Positions 1-8,449 of a DNA stretch of 64,000 bases are shown here, piece by piece. Source of the DNA: Minisyncoccota bacterium (GTDB taxonomy: Bacteria > Patescibacteriota > Minisyncoccia > Phycocordibacterales > SBAW01); assembly GCA_035548815.1 (NCBI GenBank), contig DASZSF010000004.1, positions 57,261 through 121,260 of the forward strand, in the 5' to 3' direction. The translations under genes were made by a program, and so were the position numbers. Below the pieces are notes generated by a model. The model searched no databases. It was given only the letters and a program-made list of their open reading frames with translations, and was not told the origin of the DNA. The stretch's first letter is position 1, and each line of letters begins with the position of its first letter.

Positions 1-3000
1 TTGCGGCGCTTGAAACGGTCTGGCCGTTGATGAGCCCCGACGTTATGGTGCCCGCGCCGACGCTCAAATTGCCGTTAAAGACGTTGGTTGAGCCGAGCGT
101 CAAACGCGTCGCCGCTGACGAATCTTTGAGAATATTTCCGTTTATCTGCAGCTTGTCGTCGACGGTGAGCGTGTCGCTCGAGATGTTGTAAATGGCGTTT
201 TGCAGGCCAAGCGACGCCTGTATGGTCGTGTCTCCTTCCGCGTCGACGCGGAAGCGCTCGATGCCGTTCACCCCGATGCCCAAGAGCGTGTTGTCGGTCG
301 AGCCACTCGACGGGTTGATGTAGAGGCTGCCCTGCGCGAGGCCCGCGCCCGAAGGCGCCGCCGTCAGCGCCAGCGTGCCTGCGATGGTCGAGGTTGCGGT
401 GCCCGATACCGTCAGCGAATTCGTCAGGCTGACTGGGAAGTTGTTGAATTCGAACTGCTTGGAGACCGAGTTCCACTTGAGCGTCGCGTTGGGGCTGGCG
501 ATGCCACGCGAAAACGCGAGCGTCGCGTCTTCGGTGTCGTTCGTCGCGTTGTCGGAGTTGATGACGAAGGTCGACGACGCCGTGCCGCCCGCGACGACAT
601 TGGTAACGTTGAGCGTCTCCGCATAGACATTCGCAAAGCGCTGCGTCGGCGAGCCGAGGTTGTAGGTCGCGTCGGCGTTGGGGACAAGGTCCGATGCGGC
701 CTCGCCGTTAAACACGATGTTGTTCGACGCGTTGGCACCGAGCGTCGTATTGCCAAGGACGCTCAGGTGGCCCGCCAGCACGTTGGTGCCCGTCGTATTG
801 GTGGAGTTGAAGGTGCCGACGATCTGCACATCGCCTTCCGCGTCGATGCGGGCGCGCTCTGCCCCGTTGACGGCGAGCCCCACAAGCACGTTGTTGGTGC
901 CGGCGCTGGCCGGGTTGATGTACACCGAGCCCTGTCCGATGCTGGCGCCCGACGGCAGCGACAGCACCTGCAACTGGCCGCCCGTTATCGACGACACTGT
1001 CGCACCGTTGACAGTGAGCGCACCGCCCACATACATGCCCCCGGTCGTCGTCGCACCACCCGCGACGGTTAGGCCGCCGGTCTCTGTGCCGGTGCCGATG
1101 GTCGTCGACGCTAGAAAGAGGTTCCCGCCCGTAAATTGGTTGTTGTCGGCGAGCAATGTTGACGATGCCGCGGTGATGGTGATGGAGCCGCCCGCATTCA
1201 ACAGCGAGCCGTTGATAGTGCCGAGCGGGCCGGCAAGGATGTCCGCGCCGATGCTCGAGGTCGCGACGACCTGGCCTGACGCGTTGATCGAGAGCAGCGC
1301 GTTGGCGAGCGCTGGAAGCACGAGCGCGCCGACGCTGACGTTGTTCGCGAAGTACGCGTTGCCCGTCGTTGTCGAGTTGCCGCTCACCGTGAGGCCGCCC
1401 TGTGCCGACCCGTTGCCAATGGTCGTCGATGCGTATGCTGTCAGGCCAGCGTCGAACTGGACAAGCGTCGAGGTCGCGTTGCCAGGCTGCTGGAACGGGT
1501 ATGACGCGGCCACGGTCGTAAACAACGAGCTACTGCTGACCTTCTGGTTGAAGAGGTTCCAGTCGCTTGATGCGAGGTAGCCGTCCGTCGAGCCGTTTGC
1601 CTGCGAGATCGAAAGCGTGTTCCCGGAGAACGAAAGCGGGCCCAAGACGGTGGTGTTTGCCACGGAGCCGTCCGCGTTGGTCGAGAGCAAGGCGCCCGCG
1701 AGGCCCGTGATTGCAAATGAGGTTGAGGTTGCAGTTGTGAGGGCCGTGTTACCGCTAAAGATGTTGGTGCCCGAGAAGGTGTTGTTGTCGGCGAGCAATG
1801 TTGACGAGGCGGTGGAGATGTTAATGGAACCGCCCGCGGGTACGTCGAACCCGTTGATGGTTGCCAAGGTTCCCGTGAGAAGGTTGGTGCCTATAGAGGT
1901 CGTTGCTATGACCGAACCGTCTGCGTTGGTCGCAAGCAGCGCGTTGGCGAGCCCCGTGATGGCGAATGCGCTGGAGGTGGCGTTGGTCGTCTCAAACGAG
2001 GACAGGCTGACAGTGCCACTTATAGTGAGGTCGCCTGCGACATCCAGGGAGTTGGTTTTTATATATTTTGCGATGATCGAGTCCGCATTGGTCGTTCCAT
2101 GTTCCGTTACATCGTTAAGGTTATTGATGACTTGCGAAATGACGACATTTTGAAGCGGGCTTTCGTGGCCAGGATTCTGCAAGAACGCGATCTGCATTTG
2201 AAGCGCCATCTGCAGTGCACTGAGTCGTTCTTCGAGCTGTGCTGATGTTATACCGCTCACGACCGTCGTATGTTCTACCGTGCGTTCAATGACAGGATAC
2301 GTAATGTTCTGAACAACAGTGTTTGTGGTTCCACTCGTGCGAGGCGCAGTTGCAACAGTCGGAGTTGAAGTTGCTGTCTGGTGCACTGATACAGGTTTTG
2401 CTACAGGTTGCACTGCAACAGGGGTGTTTTGTTTAGGAGCAAACAAGATAGCAAAGACATTTGAGAGGAATTTTGTCGCCCCCGCAAAGGCATGCCCTGA
2501 TGGGGTTGGGAGTATCACGCCAGGAGCCTCAACGCCAAAGAATGGGACTTCTGTCTTTGCGACCGAAGCGACCTGATTTTCTTTCAAGGGGTGAAGGGTC
2601 GAGGCAAACACAAGCGCACCCACCAAGAAGAGCGAGCCGGCAAGTGCCGCAACCGAACTTCCGGCTGCAAGTGGACGTGCGTAATAATAAACTTTTTCAA
2701 AAAGACTGCCGTTTTGTTTTTTGTACGAAGCAACTTCAAGACGGCGTTCTTTTGCCAACTCTTCTGCGCGTTGGCGCTTTGCAGCGATACGGGATTCTTC
2801 AAAACGCGCAATCGATTCTGGAGTTACATACCACTGGCCATCAATTTGTTCGCCTTCAAGCTTTCCTTCCCGACACAATTTCGAAACATAATCTGCTGCG
2901 CACGAAAGTCTTTCCGCAGCCTGGCGAGTAGGAATAAGCTCAACTTTGCGATTTGTAGATACATCTGAAGCAGATGCGGCTTCACCAAACGACAAAACTG

Positions 3001-3298
3001 CTGCCAGGGCTTTTTGCAAGAAATTTGCATTCGCGGCACGGAAATTTTCGTTTTCCAAACGGCGTTGTTGTGCGAGCACTTCTGAGCGGCGTGCTTTTGC
3101 ACGTACCCTATTTTCTTCGAACACACTAATAGAAGCCGGGTCCACGTACCATACACCCTCCACCTGTTTGCCGATCAATTTTCCTTCGCGACAAAGTTTA
3201 GAAATGTAGTCCGGGGCACACTTCAAAAGCAGGGCTGCCTTGCGTGCCGGCAACATCAATTCACTCGTGTTTGAAATTATTTTTTTGGTGGATGACAT
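1..3298 (-). CDS. Giant membrane-anchored fibre/adhesin-like protein with two N-terminal HTH_17-like domains (3' end runs off the window; >1090 aa)
   Basis: Manual translation from ATG at 3298 (MSSTKKIISNTSELMLPARKAALLLKCAPDYISKLCREGKLIGKQVEGVWYVD...) shows no stop to the window edge. It contains a second HTH copy (ELIPTRQAAERLSCAADYVSKLCREGKLEGEQIDGQWYVT), a TM segment (AALAGSLFLVGALVFAST), then Thr/Ser/Gly/Asn-rich repeats (ASSTLLADNN, DGYLASSDWNLFNQK, ERARIDAEGD). Absent from the ORF track because there is no stop codon in the window. Confidence 0.9.
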   Translation of the reverse strand, partial: MSSTKKIISNTSELMLPARKAALLLKCAPDYISKLCREGKLIGKQVEGVWYVDPASISVFEENRVRAKARRSEVLAQQRRLENENFRAANANFLQKALAAVLSFGEAASASDVSTNRKVELIPTRQAAERLSCAADYVSKLCREGKLEGEQIDGQWYVTPESIARFEESRIAAKRQRAEELAKERRLEVASYKKQNGSLFEKVYYYARPLAAGSSVAALAGSLFLVGALVFASTLHPLKENQVASVAKTEVPFFGVEAPGVILPTPSGHAFAGATKFLSNVFAILFAPKQNTPVAVQPVAKPVSVHQTATSTPTVATAPRTSGTTNTVVQNITYPVIERTVEHTTVVSGITSAQLEERLSALQMALQMQIAFLQNPGHESPLQNVVISQVINNLNDVTEHGTTNADSIIAKYIKTNSLDVAGDLTISGTVSLSSFETTNATSSAFAITGLANALLATNADGSVIATTSIGTNLLTGTLATINGFDVPAGGSINISTASSTLLADNNTFSGTNIFSGNTALTTATSTSFAITGLAGALLSTNADGSVANTTVLGPLSFSGNTLSISQANGSTDGYLASSDWNLFNQKVSSSSLFTTVAASYPFQQPGNATSTLVQFDAGLTAYASTTIGNGSAQGGLTVSGNSTTTGNAYFANNVSVGALVLPALANALLSINASGQVVATSSIGADILAGPLGTINGSLLNAGGSITITAASSTLLADNNQFTGGNLFLASTTIGTGTETGGLTVAGGATTTGGMYVGGALTVNGATVSSITGGQLQVLSLPSGASIGQGSVYINPASAGTNNVLVGLAVNGAERARIDAEGDVQIVGTFNSTNTTGTNVLAGHLSVLGNTTLGANASNNIVFNGEAASDLVPNADATYNLGSPTQRFANVYAETLNVTNVVAGGTASSTFVINSDNATNDTEDATLAFSRGIASPNATLKWNSVSKQFEFNNFPVSLTNSLTVSGTATSTIAGTLALTAAPSGAGLAQGSLYINPSSGSTDNTLLGIGVNGIERFRVDAEGDTTIQASLGLQNAIYNISSDTLTVDDKLQINGNILKDSSAATRLTLGSTNVFNGNLSVGAGTITSGLINGQTVSSAA
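1139..1807. repeat. Identical 27-nt direct repeat (1139-1165 and 1781-1807) within the giant protein
   Basis: gttgttgtcggcgagcaatgttgacga occurs twice and encodes SSTLLADNN on the minus strand. Confidence 0.85.
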
Positions 3299-3299
3299 T

Positions 3300-3750
3300 G
3301 GCCCGATAAAACTTTTGTTTTTCCAGAGATTTCGGAGATACGCACTTACAAATTAAGTATACGGACGAGTTGCAAAAAACTTCAGAAAAAACTCATCGAA
3401 AACTGTGGATAGAAATTAAAAATATTTTTTACAAAATAAAAAACTACGCGCAATAAAATAGCTCAAAAATAGCCTTATAGACCATCGTATATGGTCTACG
3501 TAATAAAAATAGACATATCTCAGCTAGTTCCATACTGATTCTGTAAACCTGAGCTTTTTTATGATTAAAAATTTTATAAAACCAAAATTAAATTGATAAA
3601 TTTATTCTAAAACGATTTATCTCGGCTAATTTATATCTATATTTGGCAATATTTCTCGGATAAAAGATATTTATCGCCTATATAAAAATTAAAAAGATCC
3701 GATATTTCGCGGACCCTCTGCCATCTCAGATGTATCTAAAACTAATTTAT
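3300..3750. promoter_or_regulatory. AT-rich intergenic control region with a palindrome and a repeated 11-mer
   Basis: Strongly AT-rich; TAGACCAT-N5-ATGGTCTA at 3478-3498; TATCTCNGMTA-like copies; DnaA-box-like TGTGGATA at 3404-3411. Confidence 0.55.
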
Positions 3751-3751
3751 G

Positions 3752-4465
3752 CTATTTTTGACAACTTTTGAAAATGAAGCAGAGTGTTGCTTCTTGTATG
3801 TAGGATATGCTTGCTGGCTTCCCATTTTCCACCGTTACAAGCGAATTTATCTCTAATGAGCCGAAGAAAGATACAGCAAGGATAAGTGCTGCGAAGGAGA
3901 CAAGGGATACTGTTAACATACTCTTTTTCGCTATACTGATCTTCTTTTTTGGAGTTATAGTCACAGGCGGTATATTCTCTTGAATTCGCGGAGCTGCCGC
4001 TGGCTGCACACGCGCTGCAAAAACTGGCGTTGGGCGTTTTGCTATCTCGGGAAACAGAGGGCGGTTATCTGCGATATAGGTAAGTGTCTGATGACGTACG
4101 GGGGTTGGAAGAGGAGCAGCTACTGGAGCAATGGATTTCTCTTCAAGCACCTCTATGGTACTGATCTCAACTGCTGGTACCACTTCTTCTTTCTTTTCTT
4201 CCTTAGCCTCTTCACTAACTACTGCAATAGAAATGGCTTCAGGCTGAGGCTCAGACGCGATCTCAGGAGCAATATAGGCTGTCTTCTCTTTGTTTAGATA
4301 ATCAACAAAGGACTGTTCATCTACATACCACGCACGTCCCACTTTCGTGCCAATCACCTTTCCACCACGAATAAGCTGACCGATGTAGTCAGCATGGTAG
4401 CGGTTCTCTTTAGCTATCCGCTTAGACGATATGTATCGCTTCCCCGAGATTTCTAATTCATCCAT
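3752..4465 (-). CDS. HTH_17-like DNA-binding domain + Glu/Pro-rich linker + C-terminal TM protein
   Basis: YISSKRIAKENRYHADYIGQLIRGGKVIGTKVGRAWYVD resembles the HTHs of the giant protein; hydrophobic segment near the C-terminus; TATACT just upstream of the ATG. Confidence 0.8.
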   Translation of the reverse strand: MDELEISGKRYISSKRIAKENRYHADYIGQLIRGGKVIGTKVGRAWYVDEQSFVDYLNKEKTAYIAPEIASEPQPEAISIAVVSEEAKEEKKEEVVPAVEISTIEVLEEKSIAPVAAPLPTPVRHQTLTYIADNRPLFPEIAKRPTPVFAARVQPAAAPRIQENIPPVTITPKKKISIAKKSMLTVSLVSFAALILAVSFFGSLEINSLVTVENGKPASISYIQEATLCFIFKSCQK

Positions 4466-4487
4466 ATAAGGTAAGTATATCTCGGCA

Positions 4488-4512
4488 ACAAAATACCCGC
4501 CATTTAGCGGGT
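4488..4512 (-). terminator. Intrinsic terminator after gatB
   Basis: acccgc-cattta-gcgggt hairpin followed by a T-run on the minus strand. Confidence 0.55.
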
Positions 4513-4534
4513 GTGCAGAAATATGGTCTGTCGC

Positions 4535-5896
4535 TTATGAAAGAGCTTTTTTGAACTCTTCTGCCAGCGCTCCTGGGTTAGCTGAGCCCTTGCTCTCACG
4601 CATAGCCATGCCAACCAAGAACTGGAGAGTAGCTGCCTTCCCTGCCTTATATTCAGCAACAGGTCCCGGATGAGCAGCGACAATCTTAGCCACAAGTTGA
4701 GGAATCATCGATGCGCTTGCGGTCTCAACAAGTTCACCAGAAAGAATAGATGCTTTTGCCTGAGGCGACGCAAGTTTGCCCTGAGCAAAGCCGCGAACCA
4801 CTTCTACTAAAAGAGTTTCTTTTGGCAACCATATTGGATCTTTTTTACGCTGACCTGCGATATCGTTGAGTATAAAGTTTGCAGCAATCTTCACGAGTTC
4901 AGGTTCTTTGAGTTCTGCTTCCATATGTGAAAAGAACGCGGAGAGTTCTGCATCCCCCACTAACTGCTCGATGTCCTGCGGCTGCAAAAATCCTAGACTC
5001 GAAAGACGAGCTCGCTTATTCCACGGAAGCTCGGGCAATGATGCCTCAAGTGTATCGTGAGAAAATTCTGCGATCTCAGAAAGTTTTAATTTTGGGAGAT
5101 CAGGGTCTGGGAAATATCGATAGTCGTGAGCGCGCTCTTTCTTGCGCTGCGAGAATGTCGCACCGGTCTCTTCATTCCACCCACGAGTCTCTTGTACAAG
5201 CGCACCCCCCTTCTCTAAAACCTCGATGTGCCGAGCAACCTCAAATGCAATAGCGCGCTCAACGCTTCGGAAGGAGTTCAAGTTCTTTACCTCGACTTTG
5301 GTACCGAGGCTCTTGTCACGGCTAACAGAGATATTCGCCTCCACGCGCATCTCGCCCTTTTCCATGTTAGCTTCGCTGGCACCTAAATAGCGCAGCAACA
5401 GCTGCAGTTCGCGTGCAAATGCGCCAGCATCTTCTGCTGAATGGATGACCGGCTCGGTCACAAGTTCCATCAAAGGCACTCCTGCGCGATTGTAATCAAC
5501 CAAACTCGTCTCCCCCACATGCTGTGAGCGAGCTGTGTCTTCTTCCAAGTGCACGCGCGTTATGTTGATATTGCGCAACATTCCTCCGCTTACAAGTGGA
5601 TATGCATACTGGCTTAGCTGGTACCCTTTTGGAATGTCGGGGTAGAAATAGCTTTTACGATCAAACTCCGTGTAGTCTGCAAGTTCTGCGCCAAGTGATT
5701 TTCCGACACGGAGCACGTGCCGTACGGCTTCTTTGTTTATCACTGGCAAACTCCCCGGGTGCGCCATGCACACTGGGCAAATATTGATGTTGGGGCGCTT
5801 TTCGTCGGCATTATTTGCGCATGCGCAAAACATCTTGGTGCGTGTCTTGAGCTCCGCATGGATTTCCAAGCCTATGGTGGGCCGATATTCGGTCAT
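4535..5896 (-). CDS. gatB: Asp/Glu-tRNA amidotransferase subunit B
   Basis: IGLEIHAEL, FDRKSYFYPDIPKGYQ, HLEED, NRAGVPLMELVTEP, YRYFPDPDL motifs. Confidence 0.97.
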   Translation of the reverse strand: MTEYRPTIGLEIHAELKTRTKMFCACANNADEKRPNINICPVCMAHPGSLPVINKEAVRHVLRVGKSLGAELADYTEFDRKSYFYPDIPKGYQLSQYAYPLVSGGMLRNINITRVHLEEDTARSQHVGETSLVDYNRAGVPLMELVTEPVIHSAEDAGAFARELQLLLRYLGASEANMEKGEMRVEANISVSRDKSLGTKVEVKNLNSFRSVERAIAFEVARHIEVLEKGGALVQETRGWNEETGATFSQRKKERAHDYRYFPDPDLPKLKLSEIAEFSHDTLEASLPELPWNKRARLSSLGFLQPQDIEQLVGDAELSAFFSHMEAELKEPELVKIAANFILNDIAGQRKKDPIWLPKETLLVEVVRGFAQGKLASPQAKASILSGELVETASASMIPQLVAKIVAAHPGPVAEYKAGKAATLQFLVGMAMRESKGSANPGALAEEFKKALS

Positions 5897-5900
5897 TCCC

Positions 5901-6875
5901 CTATACTACACGCAAGCGTGCAATAAGTGTATCCCGGAGGTTTTTTACCAACTCGTCATCAAGTATGGAAACAAAGACTGTCTCCTTCCCTTCCCTGGCG
6001 AATGCGTTCTCTACCTCACGGAGATGTTCCACGGTACAAGCATCTGATTTCGTCAAAACGAGCATCTCAGGTTTTTCTGAAAGTACTCCATCTTCAAACT
6101 GAGCGAGCTCTGAACGGATGCGGCGGTAGTCCGCCACAGGGTCTTCTGATTCGAGCGATACGCAATGTACCAGCAATTGGGTACGCGAGATATGGCGCAA
6201 AAATTGGAACCCGAGACCTTTTCCGTGCGACGCCCCCTCGATTACCCCAGGAATATCGGCAATAACATATCCATATAGTGCGCCGAGATTTGGATCGAGC
6301 GTGGTAAATACATACGCACCAACTTTTGCCGAAGCGCCGGTAAGGGCATTTAAAAGAGATGACTTTCCGGCATTTGGAAGCCCGACAAGCCCTGCGTTTG
6401 CAATAAGTCTAAGTTCAATGTGCAGCCGAGCCGCTTCTCCCCGCGCACCTGGCGTGCTTTCTTTAGGGCTTTGGTTCACCGACGATTTAAATGCAGCATT
6501 GCCGGCACCTCCCCGCCCGCCCTTAAGCACGAGCATCTGCTGTCCGTCTTCCGTGAGTTCAAACTCCTCCCCTGTATTTTCGTTGCGAATACGCGAACCT
6601 ATCGGCAAATCGAGCACAAAATCTGCACCTGCATGACCTGCTCTATGGCGGTTTGCACCCTCTTTACCGTCTTCTGCCTGGAATTTCTTTTCGCCGCGGT
6701 ATCGTGCAAGGAGGTTAATGTCGCGCACGCCGCGAATATAAAAATCTCCGCCGTCGCCTCCATTGCCACCAGCAGGTCCGGAAAATTCTTGCGCTTTCAA
6801 ATGCAGCCATCGTACGACACCATCGCCTCCGTTGCCTGCGCGCGCATCTATATCCAGTTCATCAACAAACGCCAT
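5901..6875 (-). CDS. obgE: GTPase ObgE/CgtA
   Basis: FVDE start, Gly-rich Obg fold, GLPNAGKS, FTT, DIPG, TKSD G-motifs. Confidence 0.95.
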   Translation of the reverse strand: MAFVDELDIDARAGNGGDGVVRWLHLKAQEFSGPAGGNGGDGGDFYIRGVRDINLLARYRGEKKFQAEDGKEGANRHRAGHAGADFVLDLPIGSRIRNENTGEEFELTEDGQQMLVLKGGRGGAGNAAFKSSVNQSPKESTPGARGEAARLHIELRLIANAGLVGLPNAGKSSLLNALTGASAKVGAYVFTTLDPNLGALYGYVIADIPGVIEGASHGKGLGFQFLRHISRTQLLVHCVSLESEDPVADYRRIRSELAQFEDGVLSEKPEMLVLTKSDACTVEHLREVENAFAREGKETVFVSILDDELVKNLRDTLIARLRVV

Positions 6876-6883
6876 AGGAACAC

Positions 6884-7234
6884 TTAGCCCTGCGGCTTCT
6901 TAAAGGCTGCGTGGAGGATCATGGAAACGACCGAAAGCAGCGCTGATGCTTCAAGTGCTGGAATAAAGCCTGCGACGCTAAAGCCCTGCACGAATTCTGC
7001 GAGGAGCCAGAACAGTAGCGCGTTTAAAATAAACGAAAAGAGGCCGAGCGTCAGTATCGTTATAGGAAAGGTAAACAATGTGAGCAACGGGCGCACGGTT
7101 ACGCCAATAATGCCCCACAAAAGCGCTACCCAGACAGCCGTACCAAAACTTGCGATAGCAATGCCCGGCACATAGCGGGCAATAAGCAGCAGTGCCCCTG
7201 CAGTGATCAATATTTTTGCAATGAGTCTAAGCAT
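6884..7234 (-). CDS. Phage-holin-family (YvlD-like) 4-TM membrane protein
   Basis: VRPLLTLFTFPITILTLGLFSFILNALL signature. Confidence 0.85.
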   Translation of the reverse strand: MLRLIAKILITAGALLLIARYVPGIAIASFGTAVWVALLWGIIGVTVRPLLTLFTFPITILTLGLFSFILNALLFWLLAEFVQGFSVAGFIPALEASALLSVVSMILHAAFKKPQG

Positions 7235-7251
7235 AGCGCAATCGTACTATG

Positions 7252-8010
7252 TCACAGGTGGTTGAGCAACGATGCGTAGGCGTCGGGTGAAAAAAGTCCA
7301 GTTATCCAGCCGGCAAAAATATCCATATATCCAAACAACATATAAGCGCCGAACGCGACAAGGATGCCGCCTGCAACTTTGGACAGCAGTTCAACTGCAC
7401 CCTGCATGCGTGCAAAATATGCGCCTGCTTGTGTCAGCAGGAATGCGGTCACTAGAAACGGAATACCGAGGCCGAGCGAAAATACTGCGAGTAGTAGTGC
7501 GCCTTGAGCTGCCGTTGCGCTGGCCGACGCGTAGAGCAGTATCGTCCCAAGAATAGGTCCAATGCAGGGCGTCCATCCAAGCGCAAACAAAACTCCCATC
7601 AAAAAGGAGCTCTCGGGACGACCGACAACAATAAAATGAGGTGTCTTGATACGGCGATCCGACATGAGCACTGGTATGCGGACCAACCCTAGCATTGTTA
7701 AACCAAAGAATATGATCACCGCCCCAGCCACGCGGGTTATGATGCTGCGCCACGGTCCAACCAACGCACCAATGCTTGCGGCAAAGAGTCCTAACACAAT
7801 AAATATAAGGGATAACCCGAGCACGAAACACGACGCGTTCACAAGCACACGACGGCGCGCTTCCTTTGAACCAGTTTTTTTGATCTCTCGCTCGGGGACG
7901 CCAGCAATAAATGCTAGGTACCCGGGCACAATAGGCAGCGTACACGGAGCTAAGAACATCAAGACGCCAGCAATGAATGCGGCGGGAATGAATGAAAGCG
8001 CGTCGGGCAT
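7252..8010 (-). CDS. ccdA: CcdA/DsbD-type thiol-disulfide transport membrane protein
   Basis: FLAPCTLPIVP and WTPCIGPILG paired Pro-Cys motifs, about 6 TM helices. Confidence 0.9.
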   Translation of the reverse strand: MPDALSFIPAAFIAGVLMFLAPCTLPIVPGYLAFIAGVPEREIKKTGSKEARRRVLVNASCFVLGLSLIFIVLGLFAASIGALVGPWRSIITRVAGAVIIFFGLTMLGLVRIPVLMSDRRIKTPHFIVVGRPESSFLMGVLFALGWTPCIGPILGTILLYASASATAAQGALLLAVFSLGLGIPFLVTAFLLTQAGAYFARMQGAVELLSKVAGGILVAFGAYMLFGYMDIFAGWITGLFSPDAYASLLNHL

Positions 8011-8447
8011 TACCCTATTGTATCTAATATAGACTTCAAAAACTCGCGATCGCGTGGGTGTGTGAGGAGAGTGACAGCTTCAGCTGGTGCAACATAGCGG
8101 GCTTCTGTTATCTCGCCGTCTGGGTCACGTGGATGGAGCACATGCTGGCTTGTTTCAAATAAAAAGAAGGTCTTTTTTTGCATCCCCCAGTCGGTATTCT
8201 CGCCTTTCCCGTCCGCACTTATGGAATATCGTTCATACGAGCCGAGAGCTTTCACATAGGCAAGGTCAGTAATGCCTGTCTCTTCCTGGATTTCTCGGAT
8301 AGCCGCGTCGCGTGCGCTTTCACCTTCTTCAACATGACCTTTAGGAAGCGACCACGAATTACCGTGCTGACACACAAGCACAATACGGCCATCAGGCCCC
8401 TTGACTACCCCGCCCGCGCTTTCGCGTATAGTATCTTCGCGTGCCAT
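8010..8447 (-). CDS. NUDIX hydrolase
   Basis: Nudix box PKGHVEEGESARDAAIREIQEETG. Confidence 0.93.
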   Translation of the reverse strand: MAREDTIRESAGGVVKGPDGRIVLVCQHGNSWSLPKGHVEEGESARDAAIREIQEETGITDLAYVKALGSYERYSISADGKGENTDWGMQKKTFFLFETSQHVLHPRDPDGEITEARYVAPAEAVTLLTHPRDREFLKSILDTIG

Positions 8448-8449
8448 TT

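Noticed and set aside
75-3209. Many plus- and minus-strand ORFs in the track (e.g. 200..1072, 678..1580, 1617..2153)
   Set aside because: Antisense or off-frame shadows of the single long minus-strand gene
3300-3750. Possible oriC (AT-rich, DnaA-box-like site)
   Set aside because: Only one box seen, no cluster and no dnaA/dnaN context
6884-7234. Holin as a sign of prophage
   Set aside because: YvlD-like family is common in chromosomes; no phage genes nearby
7252-8010. Cytochrome c maturation pathway
   Set aside because: No ccm/res genes or CxxCH proteins seen in the window; a general thiol-redox role is more likely
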